A stretch of DNA of 61,398 nt, counting the filler, from Dugesia japonica (taxonomy: Eukaryota), in assembly GCA_001938525.1 (NCBI GenBank). It is 6 parts of 6 records of this genome, joined end to end, with 100 filler letters (N's around TTAATTAATTAA, not from the genome) between each part and the next. Parts side by side here need not be neighbours in the genome. Positions count along the whole stretch, not along the records: positions 30,053 to 41,774 come from MQRL01584878.1; positions 41,875 to 50,242 come from MQRL01645553.1; positions 50,343 to 61,398 come from MQRL01637071.1; 3 more parts are not named here. One strand, 5' to 3'. Below are positions 38,283-52,236 of the stretch, in pieces. Below the pieces are notes generated by a model. The model worked only from the letters and a program-made list of their open reading frames with translations, ran no database searches and was not told the origin of the DNA. A program made the translations under genes and the position numbers. How positions within the stretch are numbered: position 1 is the first letter of the stretch; each line of letters starts with the position of its first letter.

Positions 38283-39083
38283 TGTACCTTATCTATATAT
38301 GGGGTTTATTATTGAAATTATAACTTTTAACTAATTAAGTATTGATTATTAAGTATTAATTATCAACTCTTTTAAACATTTCCATTTTAATATAACTGTA
38401 ACTATTTAAGAAAAAATCACAAAATGAAATTAAAACGTTGTTAAAACCAATGATTCATATAATTTTTAAATTAATTAAAATATTATCAGACATTAAACTA
38501 AATTGTATTTGTTATTACATAATACAAGGACAGTTACAATAAGTCGGTGAAAAATAAAACAAATTTAAGCACTAGCTTCATACACTTTTTTGTTAACAAA
38601 TGATGATATTAAAAAGCAAAAGTCTAAAACATGGGTGGCCAACACGAGTCCGCCTTGAACATTTATCCGGTCCACCAGATAAATTAAATTGGAATTACGG
38701 AAAAATCATAAAACATTTAGGTAAAAATTTATTGAATTTATTTTTGAAACTTTTAACAGTTAAAGTAAATTACTAGTGTTATATATTTNNNNNNNNNNNN
38801 NNNNNNNNNNNNNNNNNNNNNNNNNNNNNNNNNNNNNNNNNNNNNNNNNNNNNNNNNNNNNNNNNNNNNNNNNNNNNNNNNNTTTTTTTTACAATTTTTC
38901 ACTCCAAAAAATATCTATAGTGGGTCTAAATCTAAGTGGGAGTTATGATGCATTTCCAAAGTGACCGTTAAGATCATTTAAGATCATTAGAGAAACTTAT
39001 TAATTTGTTTTAATTAACCTTCAGTTTAAACTTATCAATACTAAAATTCTTTGTCAAAAATGGAGAACATGAATTTATATACA

Positions 39084-40143
39084 TAGGGTGTTCCAAAAAA
39101 AATTTCGTTTTTTATAAGTTCCTAAAATGTAAGTTTTTAAAATGTAAAACGATTACAAAAAGAAAATCAAAATCTTGATAAATATTAGGAAGACTCTTCG
39201 CCATCAATTGGAATGATTCATAAGTGGGTTACAGAATTTCGTTGTGGTCATACAACCATAAATAATTCTGAACGTTTGGGATGCCTAAAATATGTGACAA
39301 CACCTGGAATGATCCAAAAAGATCCATCATATGATCCTAGATGACCACAAAAGAAAATGTGTCAGATAGTTAAGGATGTGAGCATTTCAATTATATCAGT
39401 GTTTATAGTTCTGCACAAACATTTTAGAATGAAAAAAATGTCAACAAAATGGACATTCAAATCAATATATGGCATTTTTCAAACGAAATCCAAATGAATA
39501 TTTTCATTGTTATATTAATTTTAATGAAATTTGGGTCCATTGTTATACATCTGAAATTAAAAATCAATAAAACAGTGAATGAAATAAGGCAATCCAGCTC
39601 CAAAAATGCAAAGACAACTGCATCTACTGGAAAACTTATGGCTGCTATATTTTGGAATTTGCAGGGTTTAGTTCTCGTCTATTAATTTGAAAAATGAAAA
39701 CCATTTCTGGCAAATATTATGCAGTTCACTTAAACGAAGATAGAAGTAAAACGGTCGCATGTGTTTAAGGAATAGGTACTGTTCCATAAAAATAACGAAC
39801 CACCACACAGGCAGGCTATTTTATTGGCAAATTTTCATGAATTGCAATTTCAATTCCTATCATATCCATCATTTTTTTTAGATTTAGTTCTTATAATTTT
39901 TTCCTGTTTTCAGAATTTAAAAAATGACTTGCAGGTATAAATTTCAAATCAAATGATGAAATCCTCCGTGAAATTAATATCTATTTTGATGGTTTTCATA
40001 AATCGATACTACAAAGAAAGAATTAAAAAACTGAGAAACAATGAAATGAAACATTTAATGAAGATTATGCTGAAAAATAAACTTTGTTTTGTGTAAATAT
40101 ATTATTCATTGTTTTATTTTTGTAAACTTACTGAACTACCTTT
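39084..40143 (+). mobile_element. mariner transposon relic
   Basis: Degraded DETW-like NEIWVHCY, KNAKTTASTGKLMAAIFWNLQG, VLFHKNNEPPH, YSPDL-like region, FLFSEFKK*LAG..FKSNDE. Confidence 0.85.
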
Positions 40144-40150
40144 TTACTAA

Positions 40151-40340
40151 TTGGAGCTATTTATAGCCAAGATCTTTCTGATTTTCTTCAATTATTTTAT
40201 ATTACATTCTAAAGATGTAATAATTATGGACAATCTACCATCCCGTCATTTAAAGGTGGCAAAGGATCTTTTTGTTAAAAAAACAATTATTGTTTTAAAA
40301 TATTTGGTACCATATTCATTTCAGTTAAACCAGATCAAAG
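40151..40340 (+). mobile_element. Tc1/IS630-like DDE transposase fragment
   Basis: VIIMDNLPSRH...YLVPYSFQLNQIK resembles MDNA..H...LPPYSPELNPIE. Confidence 0.6.
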
Positions 40341-40592
40341 TATTCTTAACAGGGTCAAATTAAGGGTAATCTTTTGAGAGTTCAAAATCTNTTTGTAAAA
40401 TCAAGTAACTTAAGTACATCTAAGAAAAAGATTGATTTACCCTTGATACAAACTTTTTACATATTAAACGGTATTATCATATCATTTAAATTTCAGCTGA
40501 AGAGGCATAAATCTACAAATCAACAAAGATTTTTTTTGTATTCTTATTAAAAATGTTCCACATTATGTTATTATAATGTTATATATTATATA

Positions 40593-40761
40593 CAGTGCAA
40601 GTCACTTAATCGAACCACATCCGAACTGCGACCTTTTGGCTCAATTAAGCGGTTGGTCCAATTATTCGAAATAACATGAAAACATTAACTGATTTCGATG
40701 TTTTGAGTCATACATGCGGCTGGACCGATCATTCGATGGTCCAATTATTTGGCTTTCACTG
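40593..40761. mobile_element. Tigger-type MITE
   Basis: TA-CAGTGCAAGTCACTTAAT ... ATTATTTGGCTTTCACTG imperfect TIRs, with internal GTCCAATTA repeats. Confidence 0.6.
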
Positions 40762-41774
40762 TTTTTTAACATTATTAAAATATTATATAAAATTTAAGAA
40801 ATTTTGATGTTTTCCGTTTTACTTTTCGAGACTACTGGCCAGGAATACACTGCTGAAATTCGTATATTAACTTTTAAAAAATTGGGAACGAAAAGGGAAG
40901 AACGCCTGAAAACCTTAGTCCGATGATACTTATTAATGATAAAAGCAAGTTTTGAGACTTGAACAAGAAATTATTAAGTTTGTATTGATTGTTTAGCTGA
41001 TTTTTTAAATGCTAATTTTAGCGAAGAATGAAATTAATTTTATGATAAACTGTTGCCATGGTTACAAGTAAATAAGATTAATTGAGAAATTTATATAAAA
41101 AATCTCCATTGGAATTTTTTATTTTTATATATTAATACGATTTTAAAATTTAATATAAAAATGAAAAACCTTGTTATATATTCATAAAACGAATACACCT
41201 AGTTCTGTTTTTACGCGATTCTAAAACAAATATTACTCTCTGTTTTTACGTGGTTTAAATTTTTTTTGATTTCATCAAAATAAAGTTATAAAAATATATA
41301 GGAATAATAATAATATAAGAATAATATATTCCTAATGATATTCCTGAAGAAGAAAATAGTCAAAAATTTTAATATCTATAAATTAACAATTTAATTTGAT
41401 CGAAGCTATTACTTTATTTTAATGAAATCTCAAATAAAGTTGTTTTTTAACTTTGGTTAAACAGCACTAAATAAGAGGGTCATGAAACTTGTCAGTATTA
41501 TTATTTAAAAAAATTTTAGTGAGAAAAAATATGTAGGTGATTGTTTTAACTCGTTTCTATTTATGATGATATTAATGCTGATATTAATGAATAATTATTT
41601 AAAATTAACATATTATAGAAAAATCTTTCATGAAAATTATTCTGTAAATATATTCTGTAAACATATTGTATCGCTTCGTAAATGGTACCATTTGATTCCG
41701 AAAAAAATTCTGATCATATATCATATAGATTTTGTCATTTAAAAATCCTTCCTTTTAGAAATAATATATAATTA

Positions 41775-41874
41775 NNNNNNNNNNNNNNNNNNNNNNNNNN
41801 NNNNNNNNNNNNNNNNNNTTAATTAATTAANNNNNNNNNNNNNNNNNNNNNNNNNNNNNNNNNNNNNNNNNNNN
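41775..41874. other. Artificial assembly joint
   Basis: 44 N + TTAATTAATTAA (41819-41830) + 44 N. Confidence 0.97.
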
Positions 41875-41875
41875 A

Positions 41876-42296
41876 AATCTAAAATTGTTGTTGGATGCGT
41901 TAATGAATATACAGCCCACTTCAATTAAATGTGAAAGAATATTCTCGGAATCTTCTAATTTTTGCAACAAAAAGAGATCAAATTTGAGCGGCTATTTGCT
42001 GAACTGCCTTTCGTTTTTAAAAACTTATTTTTTAAATAAGAATTAAATTTAACATTTCATAATTAAATGAANNNNNNNNNNNNNNNNNNNNNNNNNNNNN
42101 NNNNNNNNNNNNNNNNNNNNNNNNNNNNNNNNNNNNNNNNNNNNNNNNNNNNNNNNNNNNNNNNNNNNNNNNNNNNNNNNNNNNNNNNNNNNNNNNNNNN
42201 NNNNNNNNNNNNNNNNNNNNNNNNNNNNNNNNNNNNNNNNNNNNNNNNNNNNNNNNNNNNNNNNNNNNNNNNNAATTCGGGAAACGTGATTCACTA
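41876..42296 (+). mobile_element. hAT transposase C-terminal dimerisation domain plus right end
   Basis: NLKLLLDALMNIQPTSIKCERIFSESSNFCNKKRSNLSGYLLNCLSFLK (41876-42046); candidate end CGGGAAACGTGATTCACTA. Confidence 0.8.
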
Positions 42297-42675
42297 TGTC
42301 TATGGGTACGTATTCTTGTCTATAACCGACATTAAATGATCCTTGAAAAAACCATTTAATGCACTTGACATTAGTTATTCTCAGTTCCATTAATATCAGT
42401 TGCTCTACGGTACTATTAATACTAATATTAATCGCACATAATATTAAAAATATAATAATAAATCAAGACACTAATCACATTTTAGAAAATTGATTTCGTA
42501 TAATAACAAACAGTTAATAATGCCAGGTCAATAAAAGTCTGTTCAATAAAAGCTAGTTGGAATACATGCATTTGGTTCGGATTCTTCGTTTGATTGCTAA
42601 ATAATAAAATAATTTCTAATAAGTTCAAATAAATTCATTACCTGTAAATTCTATTGTTGATCCAAAGTCTTATTT

Positions 42676-43772
42676 ATTGCGGTCAAACTACAATTTCCGT
42701 ATGGAACACTATGATTTTTGTGTGTCCATACTCTCTTATCGTCATTGTTGGTTAATGCTATTTTTTATCTCTTAAAACTAAACAAGTGGTGATTTATGGT
42801 GCCAATTCTAAATTGTTCTACTGAGATCAATTGATTTTTATTGTAACAATCTAGATACAACTGGTGTGTTAAGTGGTTATCTTTTAATGTTACCCCCTTA
42901 GCCTTCATGCTGGCCTTTTCGCTAAGGAGACTATAACATTTCGGTCACAGAAAAACCCATTACTTGTATCTCTTACCCTTGCTTTCGTCTTTGAATTTCT
43001 CTACTACTGAATTTAGTTTGTTGTTATAAAGCAGATGTTCTGCATCAAATTTTTGAAGTGTCCAACAACTCATCCTGAACCATCAGTTTTAACAATCTTT
43101 CCAATCTAATACCTTTCCCTTCCAGGAAAAAGCTGTCGGTATCTCCTGTCACTATATTTATGATACATTTTTCATCTTTCATATATTTCCAAAGCTCGAT
43201 GTATTGGAGCTGAAACACTCTTAACTTATTCAAGTCTAACACCGTTTGACCAATATAACTAGTACTATTGAGACAAACTTTATTCTTATTCAACAATACT
43301 GTAATTAAATTCTGGTCTATTTTAATTGTTTTCTTAAAGCTTGGGTTTGAAGCGTATGTAATAAGCATTTTGATGAATTACACAGTCTAAAACTCATCCG
43401 TTTCTTTAGATTTTCTACTGTTCTTCCGTAGAGGCTGTTGTTTAAAAGCTTATAATAGTTTTTGTCTAGGTCTGATGTACTTTTTGATCTTAGCTCAGTA
43501 TTTTCATCTATATACTTCTTGAAAATACAATCTTGAGTGAAATTTACAGCTCTATGTATATTAGTAATCCTAACACTTAGTTGCATGTACAGTTGTAATA
43601 ATCGCCAATGTACAACATAATTCAGTTTGTTATTATGTGTTATAACAGCTTTTTTACCTTACTTCCTGATGGACTCTGATGTTCGGCTCCAACAGGTAAA
43701 TCGCTTAAATAATCATGTAACTCGTCTGATATTTTAATATCAACTTCTACTGTGTAATTTAAACTGTTAAAT
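42676..43772 (-). pseudogene. Second protein-primed PolB (Polinton-like) C-terminal half, decayed
   Basis: YTVEVDI, DLPVGAE, YKLLNNSLYGRTVEN, IGQTVLDL, TGDTDSFF, KFKDE, PKCYS, KAKGV, DDKR, SVPYG. Colinear with 10010-10858 but clearly diverged. Confidence 0.93.
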
Positions 43773-43789
43773 TCTTATGTTAAAATCGT

Positions 43790-45720
43790 ATGAATTTTAA
43801 GGTTTATGATGAAACTTGTATTTTAAATAATGAGTTCAATACTTTCTATATAGTTGTCTCTAATTTTCTTTGATAATTCGTGTATTTACTATGATGATAC
43901 CTGTATATTCTATGATGAAGTGTCTATGTTTTGTGATGAAACTATAATTTGCCATGATAAAGTGATTATTTTTCCATATTAAAATGTTTATTTTCAATAA
44001 TTAATCTTATATTTTACATGGTGACTTAGAAATTTAGTGTGTTTTAGAATTTTGTGTGATGAAATGTAATTTGAAAGAGTTGACTTAGAAATTTCCATGT
44101 GATGAACTATATTTTTAGTGTGATGGATTATAAGTTTAACTGGATGGTTTGAAATTTTATCTAATGACTTAGAGATTTTATTATCTTCTTTGTAATCTGT
44201 GAATATTACTGAATACTTCTGTATAATTTATAAAGCTTTTTAATATAAATATACAATGTTTGAAATCATTTATTGACTTACATGTATTTTTAAATAGTTT
44301 TAATGACTTCTATATAACTTTAACACAAAGAATTATAATTTTTATGTACTGGTTCAAAACTTTTAAGTGTCTACTTAGAGTTTTACTGTGATTGAATTAA
44401 ATTTTGTGAGATAGAATCAAAATTTTAGTGTAATGTTCTACAATTCTGTGTGATGGATTGTAATTTTAGTGTGATAAATTATAACTTTTATGTGTTGGCT
44501 TAGAAATTGTACTTAGAATTTTATTTGTTCAGAATTAGACTTTTGTGAGATGGGTTATAATTTTAAAACGATGACTTAGAAATTTCAATGTGATGAACTA
44601 TATTTTTAGTGTGACATTATAAGTTTTACTTGTTGGTTAGAATTTTTATGTGTTGACTAAGAAACTTTATGTAACAAACTAGAAATTATGATTTGACTTA
44701 GACATTTTATGTGTTGACTTAGAAGTTTTATGAGTTGTCTACAAATTTTGTGTGAGAAAAGTAATTTTAGTGCATGAATTATATAATTTTTTTGTGTTGT
44801 CTTGGAATTTTGTGTAATGAATTATAATTTTAATGTAATGGATTAGTTTTAGTGGAATGGATTATAATTTTTATGTGCTGACTTAGAAATTTTATGCGTT
44901 AAAACTTAGAGTTTTACTTGTTGAGTGTTAATTTATATGGGTTGGATTAGACTTTTGTGAGTTAAATTATACTTAGACATGTTGTCTTGTATATTTTATG
45001 TGACGGAATCTAAATTTAGTGTATGGATTATAGTTTTAAAGTGAAAACTTAGAAAGTTCAATGTGGTGAACTATATTTTTTGTGTGATGGATTATAATTT
45101 GTATGTGTTGGCTTAGAAACTTTATTTGTCGGGCGTTAATTTTTTATGGGTTGAATTAGAATTTTGTGAGACGGATAAAATTTTAAAGCGTTGACTTAGA
45201 AATTTCAATGTGATGAACTACATTTTAATGTGACAGATTATAAGTTTAACTTTTTTGATTTAAACTTTTATGTGTTGACTAAGAAATTTTATGTGACAAA
45301 CTAGAAATAATGTGTTGGTGTAGAAGTTTTGTGAGTTGTCAAAGAATTTTGAGTGATAAAATGTAATTTTAATGCCTGAATTATAATTTTAAAGTCTTGA
45401 TTTAAAACGTTCAATGTGATAGGTTATTAATTTATTTAGTTGGTTAGCATTTTTGTGTTGACTTAAACATTTTATTGACTTCTTTGTGAACTTTAAAGTG
45501 TTTCTTGACTTCCATCTAATTTATGATAATCTTTAATGACTTCTATCTAATTTTAGGGTTATAATTTTATGTGACGAAATGTAATTTTTCTATGATGAAA
45601 TGTAATTTTGATGTGTTTGCTTAAAGCTTTTAGATGTTGAGTGTTAATTTTTGTTTGACGAATTGTAATTTTAATATAATGAAATGTAATTTTAGTGTGA
45701 CGAATGATAATTTGAAAGTC
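43790..45720. repeat. Degenerate satellite of about 21-bp period with higher-order blocks
   Basis: Units such as TTATAATTTTAGTGTGATGGA and GACTTAGAAATTTTATGTGTT. The block (G/A)ACTTAGAAA.TTC.ATGTG.TGAACTA.ATTTT recurs at about 44082, 44573, 45046 and 45193. Confidence 0.85.
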
Positions 45721-46400
45721 AATTGATTTCTCTAAAGTGAATTTAATGTTATCATTTATACTATTGGCTAATTCTAAAATGTTCTCTAAAGGAGAATTAG
45801 TTACAAAGAAAATATCATCCATGTATCTAAACCATAGATAAATTTTCTTGTTTGATTTAAGAATTATTTGATTTTCAATGAAGTTCATGAAAATCATTGC
45901 TAGAATAGGAGATAAATTATTATCCATTGCAAGACCAGTTTTTTGTTTAAAAAGTTGTTTACCGATGAAAATGCTATCAGAGAAAAGACACAAATTGATA
46001 AGACATTTGCAATTATTTTTGGTGATTTCTAGAATATTTGTTTGTTCTTTGTATCTTTCAAAGAAGTCACTTACAATATCAATGATATTTGCAGGTTTTT
46101 CAATTGGAATTGATTCATATAGATTTGTTATATTCAATGAACCAAATTCATCATTACTCTTCCATTCATAATTTTTAATTCGCTCGATAAACTCAGAACT
46201 ATTCTTTAAATATGCCGGAATGAAACTTAATAGTGGTTTTAATATATCTGCCATAAGTTTACATAATGCAGTAGAAGAAGTGTCAGAAGCGTTTACAATA
46301 GGTATTCTTTTCATTGTTTCTTTGTGATCTTTAGGAACACAGTGCATTGCGGATGGAACTCGTTCATGACATTTAACTGTTGAAAATAAAGATTTTATTG
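45720..46400 (-). mobile_element. Penelope-like element reverse transcriptase relic
   Basis: PKDHK...RIPIV, ILKPL, FGSLNITNLYESIP, FKQKTGLAM..NLSPILAMIFM, WFRYMDDIF, IKFTLE. The ORF tail runs into the satellite. Confidence 0.9.
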
Positions 46401-46588
46401 GGTCTTCATATTTTTTATGCTATTTGATTTAATGTTTTGTTGGAATTCCAATTGAAGGATCTGCAAATGTTATTGATATTGTGAGTGACTTCTTTGAAAG
46501 ATATGTCCAACAATTATTCTCGCATTAATTGCAATTGTGAAATTTAAATATGTAATTTCAAAGTCTAAGGACTTTTTGCGCACCCTTT

Positions 46589-46595
46589 AATAATG

Positions 46596-46641
<46 letters not shown>

Positions 46642-46658
46642 TAATAATAATAATAATA
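46589..46658. repeat. (TAA)n microsatellite
   Basis: Direct observation. Confidence 0.95.
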
Positions 46659-48948
46659 GAATTATAAATAAAGTAAAAGAAAAAAATAATAAAGCTAATG
46701 ATAATAGAAATATTAATAATGATATTAATTATAATTATGTTGGTACGGATGACATTAATAGTGGAAGTGATTAGTTGGATGATTAAATCCCCAATACTTT
46801 AGTTTAATATCAGTAATAAATCGACTAATCATGTAGTCTATGACAGTTTTAATATACTCCAGTTTGCGATGGAGCGAGCTCAAACTTAAATTAGTCATAA
46901 ATATACCACGGCATAATGCAAGTAGAAATTAATGTGTCGTCTGTTAATAATAGTGGTAGAAGTGAACACGACAATGTAAGGGATGTATCAATAAAAAGGG
47001 TAAGGAAGGCTGTAGAAACTTTAGCAGCACTCGCCGGAGTGACGCTAAATATAAAGTTAGAAAATTGCTAATCGGAATATTCAATAATCCTAGTGAGTGA
47101 ATTTCACTTAATTTTTCTGTCGTGATGATTCAAAATTCGACAGAATGATGTTGGTAGTGACAACATTTAACTACTTATTCTCAACCACACTCTTTGTGAG
47201 GGATCATGGAATAATATCGTCTACCGGACTTTTTTATCTAATCGATAATTTGTCGATATCATAACTAGCTGAAATTGGAATTAGTTCACTGATGTGCCTT
47301 ATAGCTTAATTTGTTTTCTCAATGGGAAGAAATAATAACTGGTATGTCTTTTACTGTGTCATTTTAGAAATTATATTGATTTGCAGGTAGGGAGGATCTA
47401 ACGTTCTGAAAAACACGGGCTGAAATAGAGATTTATGACAGAAGCTAGATGATATCTCAATTCTATTCAGTATCAATTTGTCAGCTTAGTCAAACTACAT
47501 GATGGCATATGTGATTACTTTTTCATAAAAGAAATCTTCCAGGAATCAGGAGATGAGCAATTTGCTGAAACAATAACGGGAGATAGGAAAACAAGTTGAA
47601 TTCAATGAGATCACGGAGTTTATATACAACATGTTGGTGGAATAAAATAATTCGTATTGCAATTCAGTTTTCCTGCACTGATCTCTCCTATTTATGCTAA
47701 ATAATTCATTGCAATTTAATAAAACATTAATACCGTGTTGTAACATCATTACTATGAGAAGATTACATAACAAATTAATGATTTATATTAAATATATTTA
47801 TCCAATTAAATATACATCAAAATGCATTCTTACTAGTTAGTGATTTTCTGCAACGGGCAAATGAGATGAATATATTGTGACCTTCGAAAATTTCACAGTT
47901 CCTTAGTCGAAGAGTAATGGTAATATATTTAATAGTTGCTTATTAACGTAGCTATTATAGCTGTAAAACGAAAGATTTTTTAAAGGGTTATTTCCACTAA
48001 AATTTGGGGGGTTTATATACTTCACATGCTGATATCCAGTCACAGTTCTTATCGGCCAACGTTTTTTAGAAATTTTTTATAGGGTTTCCGTTGGCTTCTT
48101 TTATGATTTTCAGAGTTTTTCTAGTACTTGCTTAACTTCTTATTGGTGCCTAATTATATGTACCACATGATTTTTAAGTCTTTATCTTTTGCTTTTTCAT
48201 GGTTTTTCATTGACTTATCTTTTATGGACCATTTTAAAGTTATTCTAAAGGTGTTAGCTTTTTAATTCCAACGAAAATGAACTCCTTATTATCCAGGCTA
48301 TTTAAATGTTTTTAACCCATTGTTTTTGGGGTCATCTTGTGCAAAGTTATTCGACTTTTTCGTTAATTCTTATTATTGACTTTCCATTTTTCTTACTTAC
48401 TAATTAATTTTTTCTTTATTAATTGCTTGTTTTATTTCTATTAATTTAAATTTATTATATTTCTTGTTGGAAATCTTCCAACTTGATTATTGATTATAGC
48501 AATTAATTGTTATTCTTTGTACTGCCTTTAATTATTACCATTTTACTTTCCATTTTTCTTCCAATTTCTTGTTAAATTTCCTTAATTAATTATTTATAAT
48601 TAATTTTTCTTTTTTTCTAAGTTGGAATTAATATTGATTTGTGGGTTGACTGTTATTTGGGGTCCCATTATTTTATTTCTTCTGTCTGATCCTTAATTGT
48701 TCTAATTTCTTGCTTTAAGCCCTTACTTGTCTGGTCTTCGTTAATCAGGTATTTCACCACAACATAAGTAAATTGATATATGTATCTGATAATAGGTAAA
48801 AGTGTGATTGATTGTTTGAATGTGTATATGATTTTAGTTCTCAGACATTATTGCATAACTGACTCCTCATAAACTATATATATTTGTTGCAAAGTCATTT
48901 TGTTTTTAGAATATATATTTTATGCTTAATTCGTTTTCCAAGTCTAAC

Positions 48949-49960
48949 ATGGCAACCAAGCCAATCTTGAATTCATTGATTCCAACACCCCAGATTTTCG
49001 AAATAGGAGGAAATATTAAAGAATTTATTGAAGAAGCAAACAAATATTTTGAAATTACCATGACTTTGAATCAGTTGAAGAAAATAATTATAAAAGATTT
49101 TATGAAAACAGAGGCAGTCAAATTATATGAAGCAGTCATTTAAAAGATTGAAGTTTTTGAAACAAGATGCAGAGAAGTATTTTCAGAGCCTGCAGACCTT
49201 GGTAAAGATCTAATTAATGCCTTGAATTATCGTTGACTAAATGAATCCTCAATTTCATTTTTTATAAAAGTTGAAAATTAGCAGATAATATTCTGCGTCA
49301 CCAGTTAACGAAGGAAAAACTCTTCAAATTCCTTATTCAAAATTCAATGGATAATAAAGAAGTTAAAAAGAAAACTGAAATGCAAGATAAAAAAAACTTT
49401 GAAAAAATGAAAGAAATTACAATTAAAATTGATGGATTGAAAAAGAAAATGGAACCAGAATATGGAATATCAGGGTTGAAAAATAATTACATATGCAACA
49501 GTAGCGCGTGAAATTCCAAGTTCAAATAATAGATTTAATAAATCAAGATTCAATAGAAATTTAAATCAAAGTAAAAATTATGAGCAGAAATATGATTCCA
49601 AGATTTTTAAAAGAAATACCGGAAATTATATGAGAGGAAATTATGAACCCAATGTTGCGACTTTCAGAGTGAGAAAATTTTGGGCATGCAGAGAAGAAAG
49701 TCACATACGCTCACAAAGTCCTAATGTTAAATGTTCGCATTGTAAGAATCCAGGATATCTCCGATTTCAATGCCATGAAACTAATTCTTTGAGAGAAGAA
49801 AACAAATGTACAACAAGCCACGAAGATTTCAAATGAATGCCTATGATGACGATGATTATGATGATGCCTGTCACAGTGATAAAGTAGATCAAGGAGATAA
49901 TTCAGGAAATGCTAAAGCTCTGATGAGGGAGAATGCAGTTGGAGCTATAAATCTGGGTTA
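48949..49960 (+). mobile_element. Gypsy-like gag relic with two CCHC zinc knuckles
   Basis: MATKP...FEIGGNIKEFIEEANKYFE...; RKFWACREESHIRSQSPNVKCSHCKNPGYLRFQC (two degenerate CX2CX4HX4C). Confidence 0.8.
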
Positions 49961-50242
49961 GATAATAATATTTTGAGCACTAATGTATGCGATATGAGTG
50001 CTTATGAATGTTTGTTTGATGTAAATAATGAAAAGTATAAAAAATTGAATGATTTATTTTGCTTGAATGAATGTAAATATTTTTTGATTGATGATTTATT
50101 TAACAAAACTATATAATATAAAAATGAATATTTTATAGATAACATTTTAATTCTTAATGGTATTTCAGTTTTAAATAAGGATTTAAATAATACAAATTTA
50201 ATAAATAATTATGAAGATAAAATTGTGTATAATAAAATGTCA

Positions 50243-50342
50243 NNNNNNNNNNNNNNNNNNNNNNNNNNNNNNNNNNNNNNNNNNNNTTAATTAATTAANN
50301 NNNNNNNNNNNNNNNNNNNNNNNNNNNNNNNNNNNNNNNNNN
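50243..50342. other. Artificial assembly joint
   Basis: 44 N + TTAATTAATTAA (50287-50298) + 44 N, followed by (TAA)n to about 50410. Confidence 0.97.
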
Positions 50343-50410
<68 letters not shown>

Positions 50411-52170
50411 TGATTCAATAATTCTAATCATAATGAAGCATTAATGAGAAAGATTAACGAAAACAAACATATGTTAATACTGTCAGATTTAAATATAACA
50501 TGAAGATTATGGGAGAAAGTAAATATTTAACCCTGGGCGCTATATATATATATATATAAATATATGTAGAAAGTATAAAATTTTGATTAAAATTTATGAA
50601 ACCATTCATTATTTTTAATTATAAAAAATTATAATAATATAACTAAGTAATAATTATTGCTTTGTAATTACTAAATTAACATAAACATAACATATTTTAT
50701 TTCTATTTTTAGTAATTATTTTATTACTTTTTATTAATTAATATTATTATCATTATTTTTATTCTTATTACTATTGTTGGGACAGAACCCAACTATATCT
50801 TTCAACAATAAATGATAAAATAAACTGGATAATTAATTCCAGAAAATATAAGTTATATTTCAACAAATAAAGTTAATATTATTGAAAATTACTAATAATT
50901 CCCAACGAAAACTCCTACATTGTTGAAAATAAATAAGAAAAGCTAAATTATGAATCATATTAAAGAAAANNNNNNNNNNNNNNNNNNNNNNNNNNNNNNN
51001 NNNNNNNNNNNNNNNNNNNNNNNNNNNNNNNNNNNNNNNNNNNNNNNNNNNNNNNNNNNNNNNNNNNNNNNNNNNNNNNNNNNNNNNNNNNNNNNNNNNN
51101 NNNNNNNNNNNNNNNNNNNNNNNNNNNNNNNNNNNNNNNNNNNNNNNNNNNNNNNNNNNNNNNNNNNNNNNNNATTTATTAATTTCAACGCAAAACTTCA
51201 AAGGAATCCATCTAACTACAGTGTTCAATTTGTCACAACAATTTCAACAGTCTCATATTTCGTGGTATAGTAATTATCTTGTCAATCCAAAAATTGACGT
51301 CGTATCCAATCTCCTCACAATAACCCGATCTAATAGATTATTGTCGACCGAAAATTCAATCCTCAAGTAATTAACCTGTCAACAGCAATTATCTTCCAAG
51401 CGAATCATCTGACAATCTTCCACAACAACAATTAAAATTTTAACAAGCAGAGGATCCAATTACTCCTACGAGGAAAATCATATAAAACAGTGTGACAAGA
51501 CCACTGCACTTCACTACTCAACACTTCACTTGCTTACTCGAAGCAGAACAGAAAATTATTATTCGAAATTGAAAGGAAGATCAGTCACTAGTAATTCAAT
51601 ACCAGAAGAAGGATCAAACATCTCGTTTAACCGAATTATTTTCCAATCCAGCCTCAATCCATTCCAGGAACAGATCCATCAAGTTTATCCNNNNNNNNNN
51701 NNNNNNNNNNNNNNNNNNNNNNNNNNNNNNNNNNNNNNNNNNNNNNNNNNNNNNNNNNNNNNNNNNNNNNNNNNNNNNNNNNNNNNNNNNNNNNNNNNNN
51801 NNNNNNNNNNNNNNNNNNNNNNNNNNNNNNNNNNNNNNNNNNNNNNNNNNNNNNNNNNNNNNNNNNNNNNNNNNNNNNNNNNNNNNNTATTATAATTTAA
51901 CGGTATTAAGTTTGATTATTAGGTTTTGATAATATCATTAACATTAGTATTACTGTATCCACTACTATTAGTCTTCCGTTTATGAACATTTTAGTCTGAT
52001 TATTATTACCATTATTATTATCCATATGATTATTGTTATTTTCAGCAGTTTAACGTATTGTCGCTACGATTTCCATTCCCTTCATCGCTATTATTATCCT
52101 TGAAATTATTAGTATTCTTATTAGGTCAATTATTTATTATTCACTTGGATGATTATGATCACTTTTACTA

Positions 52171-52171
52171 A

Positions 52172-52236
<65 letters not shown>

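Noticed and set aside
9111-43772. The two oppositely oriented pPolB copies as arms of one giant inverted-repeat element
   Set aside because: They are on different assembly segments and too diverged to be TIR arms.
46700-48780. Possible decayed coding or TE sequence (including an integrase C-terminus-like trace on the minus strand)
   Set aside because: Too degraded to assign a family from the sequence alone.
11923-50298. Recurrent palindromic TTAATTAATTAA as a biological repeat, CRISPR-like array or piggyBac target site
   Set aside because: It is always centred in exactly 44+44 N, so it is a synthetic six-frame-stop linker.
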